From: a candidate division CSSED10-310 bacterium
Lineage (GTDB): Bacteria > CSSED10-310
DNA length: 64,000 nucleotides
Assembly: GCA_003558985.1 (NCBI GenBank)
Contig: PWNJ01000038.1
Coordinates: 4,990-68,989 of the forward strand
Direction: 5' to 3'
Of the stretch, positions 28,053 through 37,996 are shown one piece after another (the first letter of the stretch is position 1; the number at the start of each line of letters is the position of its first letter). Both the position numbers and the translations under genes were made by a program. The notes below the pieces were generated by a model. That model made no database searches. It had not been told where the DNA came from and saw only the letters and a program-made list of their open reading frames with translations.

Positions 28053-29849
28053 ATGAAAAAACTTTTTATTGTGTTGGGTGTCTTATTTGCTCTGTTAATT
28101 GTTACAGCCAGCATTCTGGTCACTGTTCTGGGTGCCAGACACATTGCGTCTGCGACACGAAAACCAACCAAACCCGTAGTTTTGCATATTGATTTTTCAC
28201 AGACTATCGTTGAATACCGCCCCGCAGACCCTTTTCAGATGCTGACAGCCCGAAGCGCAACGACACTTTTGGATTTAATTCAAGTTATTGATCATGCTGC
28301 TAACAATGATAATGTTAAGGGTATTGTCGCAGACTTGTCTCAAATTTCCATTGGTATGGCGCAAGCACAGGAAATTCGTGATGCTTTAAATCGCTTCCGT
28401 GAACAGGGAAAATGGTCCATAGCCTACGCGGATACGTATTTTGTCTCAGCTACAGGAACCGGCGTCTATTACATGGCATCTGGATTTGATGAGATATACA
28501 TGCATCCTACAGGTGATATCGGATTTACAGGATTGGCATCTGAACCACTGTTTTTCAAGAATATGCTGGAAAATTTAGGTATTGAATCATATATGGATCA
28601 AAGACACGAATATAAGCTTGTCGCAAATATGTTTAATGAAGAAGGTTATACAGAGTATCACAAGGAAGCTGATGAGAATTTGATTAACAGTATTTTCAAT
28701 CAGATATTGGAAGGTGTCGCTGTTTCCAGAAATATGACTTTGGATCACCTGAGATCACTGGTCGATCAAGCGCCATTTTTTGGCATAGAAGCTCTGAATG
28801 CAGGGCTTGTGGATGGTTTCAGATTCTGGGATCAGGTCGAAGACCTTATGGAAGAAAAAGTTGGAGAAGGAATCACTCTTGTTAGGCCAGGCAGTTATCG
28901 GAGTAAATACATGACTGCACGTCGAAGAGAAGGCGAGTATGTGGTAGGTCTGGTATATGGAGTTGGGACGGTAGTCCGGGGGAGTGGTTCAAGTGGTTTG
29001 ATGGGTGGCCAGTCAATGGCAGCCAAAACAATCTCGAACTATTTCCGTCAGATCAGAGAAGACGGTGATGTGGATATCGTCATATTCCGGGTCAACAGTC
29101 CGGGAGGATCACCTGATGCATCGGCAACAATTGACCGCGAAATACAATTGACACGCGAAGCGGGTATTCCGGTTATCGTTTCAATGGGTGATATTGCTAC
29201 ATCCGGAGGTTACTATGTTGCCATGAGCGCTGATGTGATAATGGCACAACCACTGACAATAACCGGATCAATCGGTGTAGGAGGTGGTAAATTCGTTGTT
29301 CAAGGTCTTATGGATAAATTGGGGATTACTACAGAACAAACACATGTCGGCGAAAACGCTCTAATGCTGTCATTGTACCGCCCACCAACCGAATCTCAGC
29401 ATCAAAGACTTGAATACATGATGGATAAAATTTACGAAGAGTTTACCGGAGGTGTCATGGCCGGAAGGGATTTGACTCCCGAACAAATCGATGCGGTTGC
29501 CAGAGGTAGAATCTGGATCGGCGCTGATGCCCTGGGCGTTGATTTAATCGATGACATCGGTGGATTATACGATGCTATGCTAAAAGCCCGGCAGATGATA
29601 GATGTTCCTCCCGATGAAGAGTTATCCATTCGGTTTTATCCCAGGAAAAAGACATTTCTTGAAATGATACTTGAATCCGATGGAAGATTCCTGACAAAAA
29701 CAGCTCAAACATTACAAACTTTTATCAGATTAGGCAGACTCGTGGACACAATTGCCGGAAACGAATTAAAGCAGATTGATCAGGTCCTTACAGGCGATGC
29801 TTTGACAGCGCCTGTTCATATTTATCCATTTCAGGTCGAAAACAGGTGA
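28053..29849 (+). CDS. sppA: Signal peptide peptidase SppA, 67K (long) type
   Basis: N-terminal TM. Two ClpP/crotonase-like S49 halves, with VNSPGGSPDASA and catalytic Ser/Lys regions. Confidence 0.8.
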   Translation: MKKLFIVLGVLFALLIVTASILVTVLGARHIASATRKPTKPVVLHIDFSQTIVEYRPADPFQMLTARSATTLLDLIQVIDHAANNDNVKGIVADLSQISIGMAQAQEIRDALNRFREQGKWSIAYADTYFVSATGTGVYYMASGFDEIYMHPTGDIGFTGLASEPLFFKNMLENLGIESYMDQRHEYKLVANMFNEEGYTEYHKEADENLINSIFNQILEGVAVSRNMTLDHLRSLVDQAPFFGIEALNAGLVDGFRFWDQVEDLMEEKVGEGITLVRPGSYRSKYMTARRREGEYVVGLVYGVGTVVRGSGSSGLMGGQSMAAKTISNYFRQIREDGDVDIVIFRVNSPGGSPDASATIDREIQLTREAGIPVIVSMGDIATSGGYYVAMSADVIMAQPLTITGSIGVGGGKFVVQGLMDKLGITTEQTHVGENALMLSLYRPPTESQHQRLEYMMDKIYEEFTGGVMAGRDLTPEQIDAVARGRIWIGADALGVDLIDDIGGLYDAMLKARQMIDVPPDEELSIRFYPRKKTFLEMILESDGRFLTKTAQTLQTFIRLGRLVDTIAGNELKQIDQVLTGDALTAPVHIYPFQVENR

Positions 29850-29854
29850 ATAAG

Positions 29855-30373
29855 ATGAAAGAATTTACTTTTATGGATGTCAACCGACTTAAAGAACAAA
29901 TAGTTCCTTTGTTTAGTGAGGAATGGTTTCTGCTGACTGCAGGAGACAAAAAGAAATTCAACACAATGACCTGTGCCTGGGGAGGAGTTGGATATCTTTG
30001 GAATCAACCGGTAACATTTGTTTTCGTTCGTCCACAAAGGTTCACTTATGAATTCATGGAAAAAAACGATCTGTTTACAATGTCGTTTTTTGGGGACACG
30101 AACCGGGAAAATCTTAATTTTTGCGGTACCAATTCAGGCCGTGATGTAAACAAAATTGAACAAACCGGGCTGACACCTGTATTTGATATTGAAGACACTG
30201 TGTATTTCAATCAGGCAAGGATGGTTATGATATGCAGAAAATTGTATTTTCAGGACATAAACGAATCCGGATTTGCTGATAGTCAAATGAAGAATGCAGT
30301 ATATCCGGAAAGCGATTTTCATCGAATGTATATCGGAAGAATTGAACAATTGCTGGTAAAACATGCTGGTTAA
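29855..30373 (+). CDS. Flavin reductase-like FMN-binding domain protein
   Basis: NTMTCAWGGVGYLWNQPVTFVFVRP resembles the PF01613 core. The ATG at 29855 is preferred over the GTG at 29846. Confidence 0.45.
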   Translation: MKEFTFMDVNRLKEQIVPLFSEEWFLLTAGDKKKFNTMTCAWGGVGYLWNQPVTFVFVRPQRFTYEFMEKNDLFTMSFFGDTNRENLNFCGTNSGRDVNKIEQTGLTPVFDIEDTVYFNQARMVMICRKLYFQDINESGFADSQMKNAVYPESDFHRMYIGRIEQLLVKHAG

Positions 30374-30428
30374 GAAAAATACATCCGGAATCTAAATCTG
30401 TTTCACAGTAATTGGAATCATCAAAAAA

Positions 30429-31793
30429 ATGAGGTTGTGGTTTCAATACAAAGCACTTATTGTTGCATTAATACCAGCAAGTGTCGGATTGATCGTAATG
30501 TATCCAATTGCTGAGAACTGGTTTTTTGCTGATGATTTCTATTGGATGTATTTCGGTCTAAAGGCTCTGGAATCGCCAGAATTGATAATCACGCACACAT
30601 TTTTCAACTATTATCGGCCAATTGTTAACATGATTTTTAGTCTGGAAATTCTTTGGGCGGGATTGAGTGCGATACCAAGACATGTATTAAACTTATCCAT
30701 TCACCTGGCAACATCATCACTCATTGCATTGTGGATATACAGATTGCGAAAAAACGCTGTTGCTGCAACTATATCGGCATTAATGTTTCTTGTTTCACCA
30801 AAAAGCGCGGAGACGGTCTGCTGGATTTCCGGTCGGATTGATGTTCTGGCTGCTTTTTTTCTTATGCTGAGCATCATTCTGCTTCCTGATACAAGTACGA
30901 ACGTGTTGAAAAAAATCCCGTCACTATTTTTCTTTATAACAGCAATCTTAACAAAAGAACCAGCTGTTCTGGCAATCGTTATCATATTTTTTCAGGATCG
31001 ATATTTACTGGATAATGTTGTCGGAAGACAATGGATACGCTTCCGATTACCATGGATATTGGTAAGTATAGCAGGATTGGTTTTGCATGCAGTAATTCAA
31101 CTGACTGGGCGAGTCACATTTTTATCATTTGATCAATCCATCTCCATTTTAAACTGGATGCAAAATATTATTGCCGGTACAGCGCTGAGTATTTTGGGTG
31201 CACTTCCAGCATGGTTTTCAATCGATCGTACCGGTTGGATTACAGTTCTGGTTTTACTGTTTATCTGTGGATTTAAAAAAATCAGTATGGTGCGATCAGG
31301 TTTAATTATGACAGCGTTGCTGATCATTCCTGCAGCCGCAACTCCGTTCTCATTTTTGCCGGATACACATCTGACATTCGGACGGTTTTTTTATATTCCG
31401 TTGATTGGAAGTACGTGGATATGGGCTGCATTAACACACAAAATTTCCGGATTTATCAAACATAAAACAATCGGGTTTTTGTTTACTATGGTCTTTATAT
31501 TGCCTGTTATCGGTGTTTCAGTGGTCAGTTCGTTAGAAACTATGTCTGAATGGAAAGCAATAACTACTTCGCGAAAACTCGCAATGGCACATGTACAAAA
31601 CACACTGAAATCCCTACCGGATAATGAACAGGTGATCATTGTAGTTCCAGACAATAATGAATGGCTGGAAATGTTTTACTTGTTTAGCGGAAGACCTGTC
31701 GTTGCTGTACGTTCGCTGGAAAACATTCCAGGCGACCGTGTGGTATACCTTTTTGACAGAGGACGTATTACCAGAGTAGCAGCAGAAGATTAA
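30429..31793 (+). CDS. Polytopic membrane protein, candidate GT-C-fold glycosyltransferase (ArnT/PMT-like) with a C-terminal soluble domain
   Basis: At least 11 hydrophobic helices. An acidic motif (FADDFYWMY) in the first loop. About 100 C-terminal residues are non-hydrophobic. Confidence 0.4.
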   Translation: MRLWFQYKALIVALIPASVGLIVMYPIAENWFFADDFYWMYFGLKALESPELIITHTFFNYYRPIVNMIFSLEILWAGLSAIPRHVLNLSIHLATSSLIALWIYRLRKNAVAATISALMFLVSPKSAETVCWISGRIDVLAAFFLMLSIILLPDTSTNVLKKIPSLFFFITAILTKEPAVLAIVIIFFQDRYLLDNVVGRQWIRFRLPWILVSIAGLVLHAVIQLTGRVTFLSFDQSISILNWMQNIIAGTALSILGALPAWFSIDRTGWITVLVLLFICGFKKISMVRSGLIMTALLIIPAAATPFSFLPDTHLTFGRFFYIPLIGSTWIWAALTHKISGFIKHKTIGFLFTMVFILPVIGVSVVSSLETMSEWKAITTSRKLAMAHVQNTLKSLPDNEQVIIVVPDNNEWLEMFYLFSGRPVVAVRSLENIPGDRVVYLFDRGRITRVAAED

Positions 31794-31871
31794 GAATATT
31801 AATAGCATGAAAAAACGCCGGTTGACAACCAGCGTTTTTTTGATTTTCAGTTATGTTTTTGGGCGACCCTG

Positions 31872-34469
31872 TTAAGGTGCCCATCCAAAAGTAAGATACG
31901 TGATTTCACCGACAATGTAATTCTCATCAATGTAACCTTCATTAAAGGCAGCGCACCAGAAACGTGCTCCATGATAGGCAGAATCAACATAGGGCCATTT
32001 AAATTCCAGAATTGTGAACGCTTGAGTCATTGTGGCCATATACAGACTTTTGCGATAATCAAGGTCAGGTGTCCAACTGGGCCAGAACCAAAAACTGCCC
32101 TCAACCTCTAAAAGTATAAACTGATCTATATACAATGGCGGACAGGTGTTAAATAGCCGTAATACCAACTTGAAGTTGTCGTTTGGTCTGAATGTGTCGC
32201 CCGAAAGGATTAAACGCGAATCACTCAGACAAGTCGGTGTAGCCGTCGGTAAAGGTGTGGGTGTGTTCACTGGATGATATCCGTAATGATAACCCAAATC
32301 GACAATACCGATATCACCTCTGTGGTCTGTTCGTGTTGTGAATTGATCCAGCCCAAGATCAACTGCATCCTGATTACCGGCATTAACGCAGGGACTTTGA
32401 ACACTCTGACCTGCGCCAAGTTGGGATAAGTAATAGATACCGTTGGGTCCTACGGCGAAATAGGGATCCAGACTTATGTCACCTTCACCGGGAACAGCAA
32501 TACCCCCATAGTCACCATTCGGGTTGTTCCAGACATTATTGTGAAACAAATTTGGTTTAGATGAAGCATCAAATATGAATATACCTTCACCTGTCTCCTG
32601 ATTGACGATAATGTTATTGGCTATCTCACCTTCAGAATTCATAAAATAAAGGCCACCACCGTAGTGTTCTACTGAATTGTTCGAAAACGTGTTGTTTATA
32701 AAAACAGGATTGCTGTTTGTTGAAAATGCTCCTCCACCATAACCCGACGAATTGTTTCTGATCAGATTATTGAAAATATAAGGCGCTGCGCCATCTGAGA
32801 TATATATTCCACCACCATCCAGGAAGGAATTGTTTTCCGCAATGACATTGTGCATGATGACAGGATTGCTCCCTGTGTTCCGAACTACGATTGCTCCACC
32901 ACGATGAGCTTGATTACTGCTTATTATGCAACCCTCGATAGTCGGACTGCTACCATTGCTGACAGTTATTGCTCCACCCTGAACATGATTGCTTGAATAG
33001 CCATAACCATTTATAACAGTAAAATTCTGAAGCCTTGAACTATATGATTCCCCATTTGAGAATGTAACAACACTACCATTGCTGGCACCGTTTATTATGG
33101 TTCGTGAAGCCCCGGATTCCGATTTTACCGTGATACGTTTTCCTGAAAAGTTTAACAGCTCATTATAAGTTCCCGCACCGACAAGAACCGTGTCTCCATC
33201 CCTTGCGGCATTGATGCCATGTTGAATATACGGGTAGTCTCCGGGAATACGGATTATTTGGGGTAAAGGTGTGTTGGTTGGTGTCGCGGTTGGTACTGTT
33301 GGAGTGCTGGTGGGGGTGGGTGTGTTTGTTGGAGTAAATGTCGCAGTGGGTGTTGGTGTGTTAGTGGGTCTTGGAGTGGGCGTAAAGGTTGCAGTGGGAG
33401 TTGGGGTTGCGGTTGGCAAATCTTTGATCTGGTAGTGAAATCCCATATCCACAATGCCGGAATCCTCTATCTGATCGGTTCGGGTTGTTCGGCCTGATAA
33501 TGGAAAGGATGAAGCAAGTCCTTCACCGGCATTAACACAGATACTTGTGACTTCCTGACCGGCAGCAACCTGACTCAGATAATGAGAGCCAAACGGGCCG
33601 GTTACAAATATTGGATCAGCCGTCAGACATCCATGCCCGGGAGAAGCGTTTCCGCCAAAGTTTCCGTGAGCATTGTTCCAGACATTCGTATGACGCACAT
33701 CAATGATGCCGGCAGAGTCCAATGCGACAATGCCTTTACCATTAGGACTGTTGGTTATAATACTGTTTTTAACCAGAACACCATGATCACTTCCAACAGT
33801 GATAACTCCTTGCGCTGATGGAACTGAATTGTTGTCAAATGTGCACCCGATAATTTGCGCTTCAGCCATGTCAACATATACCACACCTGATGTGTTTGCA
33901 TGATTTGATATGAAAATACAATTGAATATCTCTGGATTACTATCATCTTTTACAAATATTGCAGATCCATATTGCCCGGTGTTTCCATAAAAAATCGAAT
34001 GATGAATATCGGGAGATGCGTCAATCACATATATTCCTGCACCCCGCTGACCTCCGCTTAACCGAATCGTACAATCTATAATTGTTGGCGAAGAGTTTCT
34101 TATTGTAATTCCGCCTCCGGAAAAATTGGGCCCTCCCGAACCAAGACCTTGCTGGATGGTAATATTCTCTAAAACCGAATTCAGGGATTCTCCGGAATTG
34201 AACGTTACAAGACAGCCAGACGTGTTTCCGTCAAGAATTGTGGGATTGTGCAATGACTCACCCCTGACCGTTATTGCTTTACCAAGAAAGTTTATAAACT
34301 CATAGTATAATCCGGGAGAAACCAATACAGTATCACCATCAACAGACGCGTTAATTGCTGACTGAATTGTCCCATAATCCATTGGAACCCTTCGAATTGT
34401 TGATTCTACAGGGATAGAAAAAACAGCTATCAACAGCAGCAAACCAAACAGACTTTTTTGAGTAAACAT
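31872..34469 (-). CDS. Secreted protein with two tandem right-handed parallel beta-helix modules joined by Pro/Thr-rich linkers, plus an uncharacterised C-terminal domain
   Basis: Signal peptide. Module 1 ([32 protein letters not shown]...) and module 2 ([33 protein letters not shown]...) are clearly paralogous. The linker is [49 protein letters not shown], with a second [14 protein letters not shown] stretch. Confidence 0.7.
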   Translation of the reverse strand: MFTQKSLFGLLLLIAVFSIPVESTIRRVPMDYGTIQSAINASVDGDTVLVSPGLYYEFINFLGKAITVRGESLHNPTILDGNTSGCLVTFNSGESLNSVLENITIQQGLGSGGPNFSGGGITIRNSSPTIIDCTIRLSGGQRGAGIYVIDASPDIHHSIFYGNTGQYGSAIFVKDDSNPEIFNCIFISNHANTSGVVYVDMAEAQIIGCTFDNNSVPSAQGVITVGSDHGVLVKNSIITNSPNGKGIVALDSAGIIDVRHTNVWNNAHGNFGGNASPGHGCLTADPIFVTGPFGSHYLSQVAAGQEVTSICVNAGEGLASSFPLSGRTTRTDQIEDSGIVDMGFHYQIKDLPTATPTPTATFTPTPRPTNTPTPTATFTPTNTPTPTSTPTVPTATPTNTPLPQIIRIPGDYPYIQHGINAARDGDTVLVGAGTYNELLNFSGKRITVKSESGASRTIINGASNGSVVTFSNGESYSSRLQNFTVINGYGYSSNHVQGGAITVSNGSSPTIEGCIISSNQAHRGGAIVVRNTGSNPVIMHNVIAENNSFLDGGGIYISDGAAPYIFNNLIRNNSSGYGGGAFSTNSNPVFINNTFSNNSVEHYGGGLYFMNSEGEIANNIIVNQETGEGIFIFDASSKPNLFHNNVWNNPNGDYGGIAVPGEGDISLDPYFAVGPNGIYYLSQLGAGQSVQSPCVNAGNQDAVDLGLDQFTTRTDHRGDIGIVDLGYHYGYHPVNTPTPLPTATPTCLSDSRLILSGDTFRPNDNFKLVLRLFNTCPPLYIDQFILLEVEGSFWFWPSWTPDLDYRKSLYMATMTQAFTILEFKWPYVDSAYHGARFWCAAFNEGYIDENYIVGEITYLTFGWAP

Positions 34470-34557
34470 TGAAAAAATCCTCCTTTCAAGTTCATCTGAT
34501 TAACAGGAGTCTGACACATTTGATTTTTGTGCACACAATAAAAAAAAAGTTTCTACT

Positions 34558-35856
34558 ATGAAAACTCGATCAATAAGTGGACATAAACAACGTAAATACG
34601 TTACTCTTAGCGCGACGGATCGGATTGGAGGGTGCAAAGTGGGGACACATACCAGAGTTCGAGTTGACGCGGTTATCTTTGGTGGCGGAGTGTCAGGATT
34701 ATGGACATGCAATACGTTGATATCCAGAGGACTCAACGTTATTCTTGTTGAAACACAGGCCTTGGGTCAGGATCAAACAATCACATGTCAGGGAATTCTG
34801 CACGGCGGCGTTAAATACAGTCTGGCAGGTAAACTGACAAAAGCTGCGATCAATATAAAAGAAATGCCGGGTATCTGGAAAGAACATATCCAGGGCCAAA
34901 GATTTCCTGATTTGTCAAATCTGGATATACGATCTGACTATTGTTATCTATGGGGCAAATCTGTATGGCTGCTGGGAAGCTTGCTTGGCTTGAGTATACG
35001 ACCAGGCAAAATTCAGACTAATGAGTATCCTGAAATGCTTTCCAACTATAAAGGTGATGTTTATAAACTACCGGAACAAATTATTTCACCGAAAAGCTTG
35101 CTGGAAGTTTTAAGCAAACCGGTACGAAAGTATTTGGTAAAAACACATGCTGATCAAATCAAGTTTAAACTTTATCAACCGGGACAGATAGCAGAAATTG
35201 AGTTAAAAAATCCGAATAATCAGAACTCTGCTACGATAATTCCGAATAGTGTAATTTTTACAGCGGGTGGCGGTAATAGTATTCTTCGAAAAAAAGCTGG
35301 GATGAACGAAGAGAAACAACAACAAAGACCTTTGCGTATGGTTTTAGTTAAAAGTAAAGAATTACCGGCTTTCAATGGTCACTATGTGGAAGGTACACTT
35401 CCCACGGTTACCATTACCAGTAATAAATTGAACGATGGAAATACTGTTTGGATGCTGGGCGGTAAACTGGCAGAGAATGGGACTAAATGGACGGATGAAA
35501 AAATGATTCAGGAAACACTCCGCATATTGAAAAAAGTGTTTCCCCAAACAAGTTTTGATCTGTTCGAAATGACTGTATTTAATGTTGACAGGGCAGAAGC
35601 AGATACAAGACACTGTAAAAAACCAGATGATGTATTTGTTGAAAAAGAAGGCAATGTTATAACTGCATGGCCTACAAAACTTGTACTGGCGCCAAGGTTG
35701 GCTGAAAGAATTGCAGATACTGTTCAACTGTCAAATCAAGAGAATACAAACGACGCAAATGATTGGAGTCAAAACTGGGAAAAACCAGTTATAGCTATGG
35801 AACCATGGGAGTCTGCTGATAAATGGTATACCGTAAGTTGGGGAAAACAGGGCTAA
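34558..35856 (+). CDS. FAD-dependent oxidoreductase (DAO family; GlpA/LhgO-like)
   Basis: DAVIFGGGVSGL dinucleotide-binding motif and CQGILHGGVKY (similar to the GlpA-type S..KLIHGG.RY). The start is uncertain: the motif lies 36 aa into the ORF. Confidence 0.5.
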   Translation: MKTRSISGHKQRKYVTLSATDRIGGCKVGTHTRVRVDAVIFGGGVSGLWTCNTLISRGLNVILVETQALGQDQTITCQGILHGGVKYSLAGKLTKAAINIKEMPGIWKEHIQGQRFPDLSNLDIRSDYCYLWGKSVWLLGSLLGLSIRPGKIQTNEYPEMLSNYKGDVYKLPEQIISPKSLLEVLSKPVRKYLVKTHADQIKFKLYQPGQIAEIELKNPNNQNSATIIPNSVIFTAGGGNSILRKKAGMNEEKQQQRPLRMVLVKSKELPAFNGHYVEGTLPTVTITSNKLNDGNTVWMLGGKLAENGTKWTDEKMIQETLRILKKVFPQTSFDLFEMTVFNVDRAEADTRHCKKPDDVFVEKEGNVITAWPTKLVLAPRLAERIADTVQLSNQENTNDANDWSQNWEKPVIAMEPWESADKWYTVSWGKQG

Positions 35857-36590
35857 GCGTTTCTGTAATAGGATATGGCGCATTCAAAATTGGGCGTAAT
35901 CAAAAGATTAAATATCCTGAAACATACGCATTGCCAGGTGTAAATCAGGTTAAAACATTTCTGAAAACAGTTATTGATCTTGGAATAAACTATATTGATA
36001 CAGCGCCAGCATATGGAATTAGTGAAGAGCAGATTGGGAAATGTCTTGAAGAAAACAGAAATGATCTTATATTATCTACGAAAGTTGGAGAGCAATTCAT
36101 ACATGGACGTTCAGTCTACGATTTTTCCCAAAAAGCAGTTGAAAAAAGTATTCATAACAGTCTTAAGAAATTGAAAATTGATTGTATTGATATCGTTTAT
36201 GTCCATTCCGATGGCAACGATAAACAGATAATTCAAAACAGCGCTGTCGTGGAAGTGCTTCAAAACTTTAAATCAAAAGGTATGATCAGATTTGTTGGAA
36301 TGTCTTGTAAAACAGATGAAGGAATTGTTTTAGCTATGCCATGGTCAGACGTATTGATGCTGGAGTATAATTTAAACCGGAAGCAAAATAAAAAAGAGAT
36401 TCAACAGGCATTTGAAAATGGGATTGGGGTTGTTGTAAAAAAGGGTTTGGGATCCGGGTGGCTGGCACCTGAAACAGCAATCCGTTTTGTACTGAGTCAC
36501 CAAGGCGTATCCACGTTGCTGATTGCGACTTCCAAAGTTGAGCACTTGAAAGAAAACATTGAATTTGCATGTGATTTAATCAATCAATAA
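35823..36590 (+). CDS. Aldo/keto reductase family oxidoreductase
   Basis: MVYRKLGKTGLSVSVIGYGAF is a canonical AKR N-terminus. The rest is (alpha/beta)8-like. Confidence 0.7.
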   Translation: MVYRKLGKTGLSVSVIGYGAFKIGRNQKIKYPETYALPGVNQVKTFLKTVIDLGINYIDTAPAYGISEEQIGKCLEENRNDLILSTKVGEQFIHGRSVYDFSQKAVEKSIHNSLKKLKIDCIDIVYVHSDGNDKQIIQNSAVVEVLQNFKSKGMIRFVGMSCKTDEGIVLAMPWSDVLMLEYNLNRKQNKKEIQQAFENGIGVVVKKGLGSGWLAPETAIRFVLSHQGVSTLLIATSKVEHLKENIEFACDLINQ

Positions 36591-36654
36591 CTTTCATGTG
36601 CAGTTGGGTTACCGATAAGTGTATAATCGTATTGACAAGTGAGGATTAGTAGAT

Positions 36655-37632
36655 TTGAAAGAGCGAAAAATTTTGATTGTTGGAGGTGGTTACCTTCTGG
36701 TGCAGGAAATCCTGGATAGTATCTCTGCCAGTTCACTGCCAATCGCAAAGATACAAATTGTCAGCGAAAAAGAACGTGTTGGGGAAATACACGATTTCAA
36801 TAATCAGCCTGTTCCTGTTACTGATATTGATGTTATGTATGAAGAAGGGTATGACGCAGCTATTTTATTGTCGCCGCTTAAAGATCTGAAATCATTCACC
36901 CAAACGATGGTTATGAGTAAAGTCCCTATTCTTGATATGGCAAATCTTTACAAAGCTTCGAGCGAACTGCCCGTTTTAGTACCTGATACGGAGTCATTTG
37001 CACTGAAAAATCTGCCCATGGTTGCAATTGTACCAACCAGAACAGCTCACGCTCTGACAACAATTCTGCACGAACTGACAAATTGCGCACAGTGGAGTCA
37101 CGCAACGGTGTGTTCCATTCAGGGCGCCGCCTGTCAAGGATCAAGACAGGGCTTGGATGAGTTGTTCGATCAAACACGAAGTATTCTTGGTTTCACTGAG
37201 ATTCCCAAAGATGTATTCCCTCAACAACTGGCTTTCAATGCATTCCATTCATCAAATGTTAACGATGAAAACAGGGCTATGTGCGAGCAGTCAAGATTTC
37301 TGCTACAACGAGACGATTTTGTTGTCAGCTCGGACATTCTATGGTGCGGTTTCTTTGTTGGTATTATCGGCACGGTTTGGCTTCATGCCGATTCGGAAAT
37401 CTCCATTGAACAAGTTAACAATGCGTTTATGCAATCCAAAGCAGTTACACTTCAGAACCCGCTAAACAGCATTATACAAACTGCAGGAAGTGATACTTTG
37501 GCGCTAGGGAATATAACTCTGGTTGATGACAACACTCATTGTGTAACCATTCGATTTGCAATGGATAACCTGCATCGAGGTCTTTCAACATCATTAACAA
37601 GACTCCTGAAAAAGGTATGGATCAATGCCTGA
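36655..37632 (+). CDS. Semialdehyde dehydrogenase (Asd/ArgC-like) family protein, apparently lacking the catalytic Cys
   Basis: Rossmann N-terminus ILIVGGGYLL (TTG start). At the position of the conserved N-C-S/T-T active-site motif it has a V-P-T-R-T-A segment. Length is that of the short Asd form. Confidence 0.4.
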   Translation: MKERKILIVGGGYLLVQEILDSISASSLPIAKIQIVSEKERVGEIHDFNNQPVPVTDIDVMYEEGYDAAILLSPLKDLKSFTQTMVMSKVPILDMANLYKASSELPVLVPDTESFALKNLPMVAIVPTRTAHALTTILHELTNCAQWSHATVCSIQGAACQGSRQGLDELFDQTRSILGFTEIPKDVFPQQLAFNAFHSSNVNDENRAMCEQSRFLLQRDDFVVSSDILWCGFFVGIIGTVWLHADSEISIEQVNNAFMQSKAVTLQNPLNSIIQTAGSDTLALGNITLVDDNTHCVTIRFAMDNLHRGLSTSLTRLLKKVWINA

Positions 37633-37987
37633 GCTTACTCCATCGCTAAGAAAAACATCCTTTGTTTTGAGTGTTTTTCTTTTAATTTCATCCACCGCGG
37701 GATGCGATATGATAAAAACATGGTTCGAAAAAACTGCTGAACAAACAGTCATCCAACCGATAGATAGAGCCAGCAGGACAAAACTTGCCACAGACCTTCG
37801 AACGATAAATCGCGCATTGGAAGTGTTTCACGCTCAAAATGGAAGATATCCTGATTCGTTGGATGAGCTGACAACATTTGGCGCTATAAGCTATATCCCG
37901 CGTGAACCATTTGGTGGAGATTGGATATATGACCGTTACTCCGGAACGGTTAAGAGCAGCACTTATCCGGAGGTGACCCCGCGTTAG
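37625..37987 (+). CDS. Lipoprotein with a type II secretion pseudopilin GspG-like C-terminal domain but no prepilin leader
   Basis: Lipobox LISSTAGC. LEVFHAQNGRYPDSLDEL...PREPFGGDWIYD resembles the GspG globular domain (NGRYP...DPWG..Y.Y). Confidence 0.45.
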   Translation: MPELTPSLRKTSFVLSVFLLISSTAGCDMIKTWFEKTAEQTVIQPIDRASRTKLATDLRTINRALEVFHAQNGRYPDSLDELTTFGAISYIPREPFGGDWIYDRYSGTVKSSTYPEVTPR

Positions 37988-37996
37988 GAGATATCT

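Noticed and set aside
33254-33454. 66-aa ORF ([10 protein letters not shown]...) on the minus strand inside the beta-helix gene
   Set aside because: It lies entirely within the Pro/Thr-linker-encoding repetitive DNA of the 865-aa gene, in another frame. It is a low-complexity translation artefact of repeat DNA.
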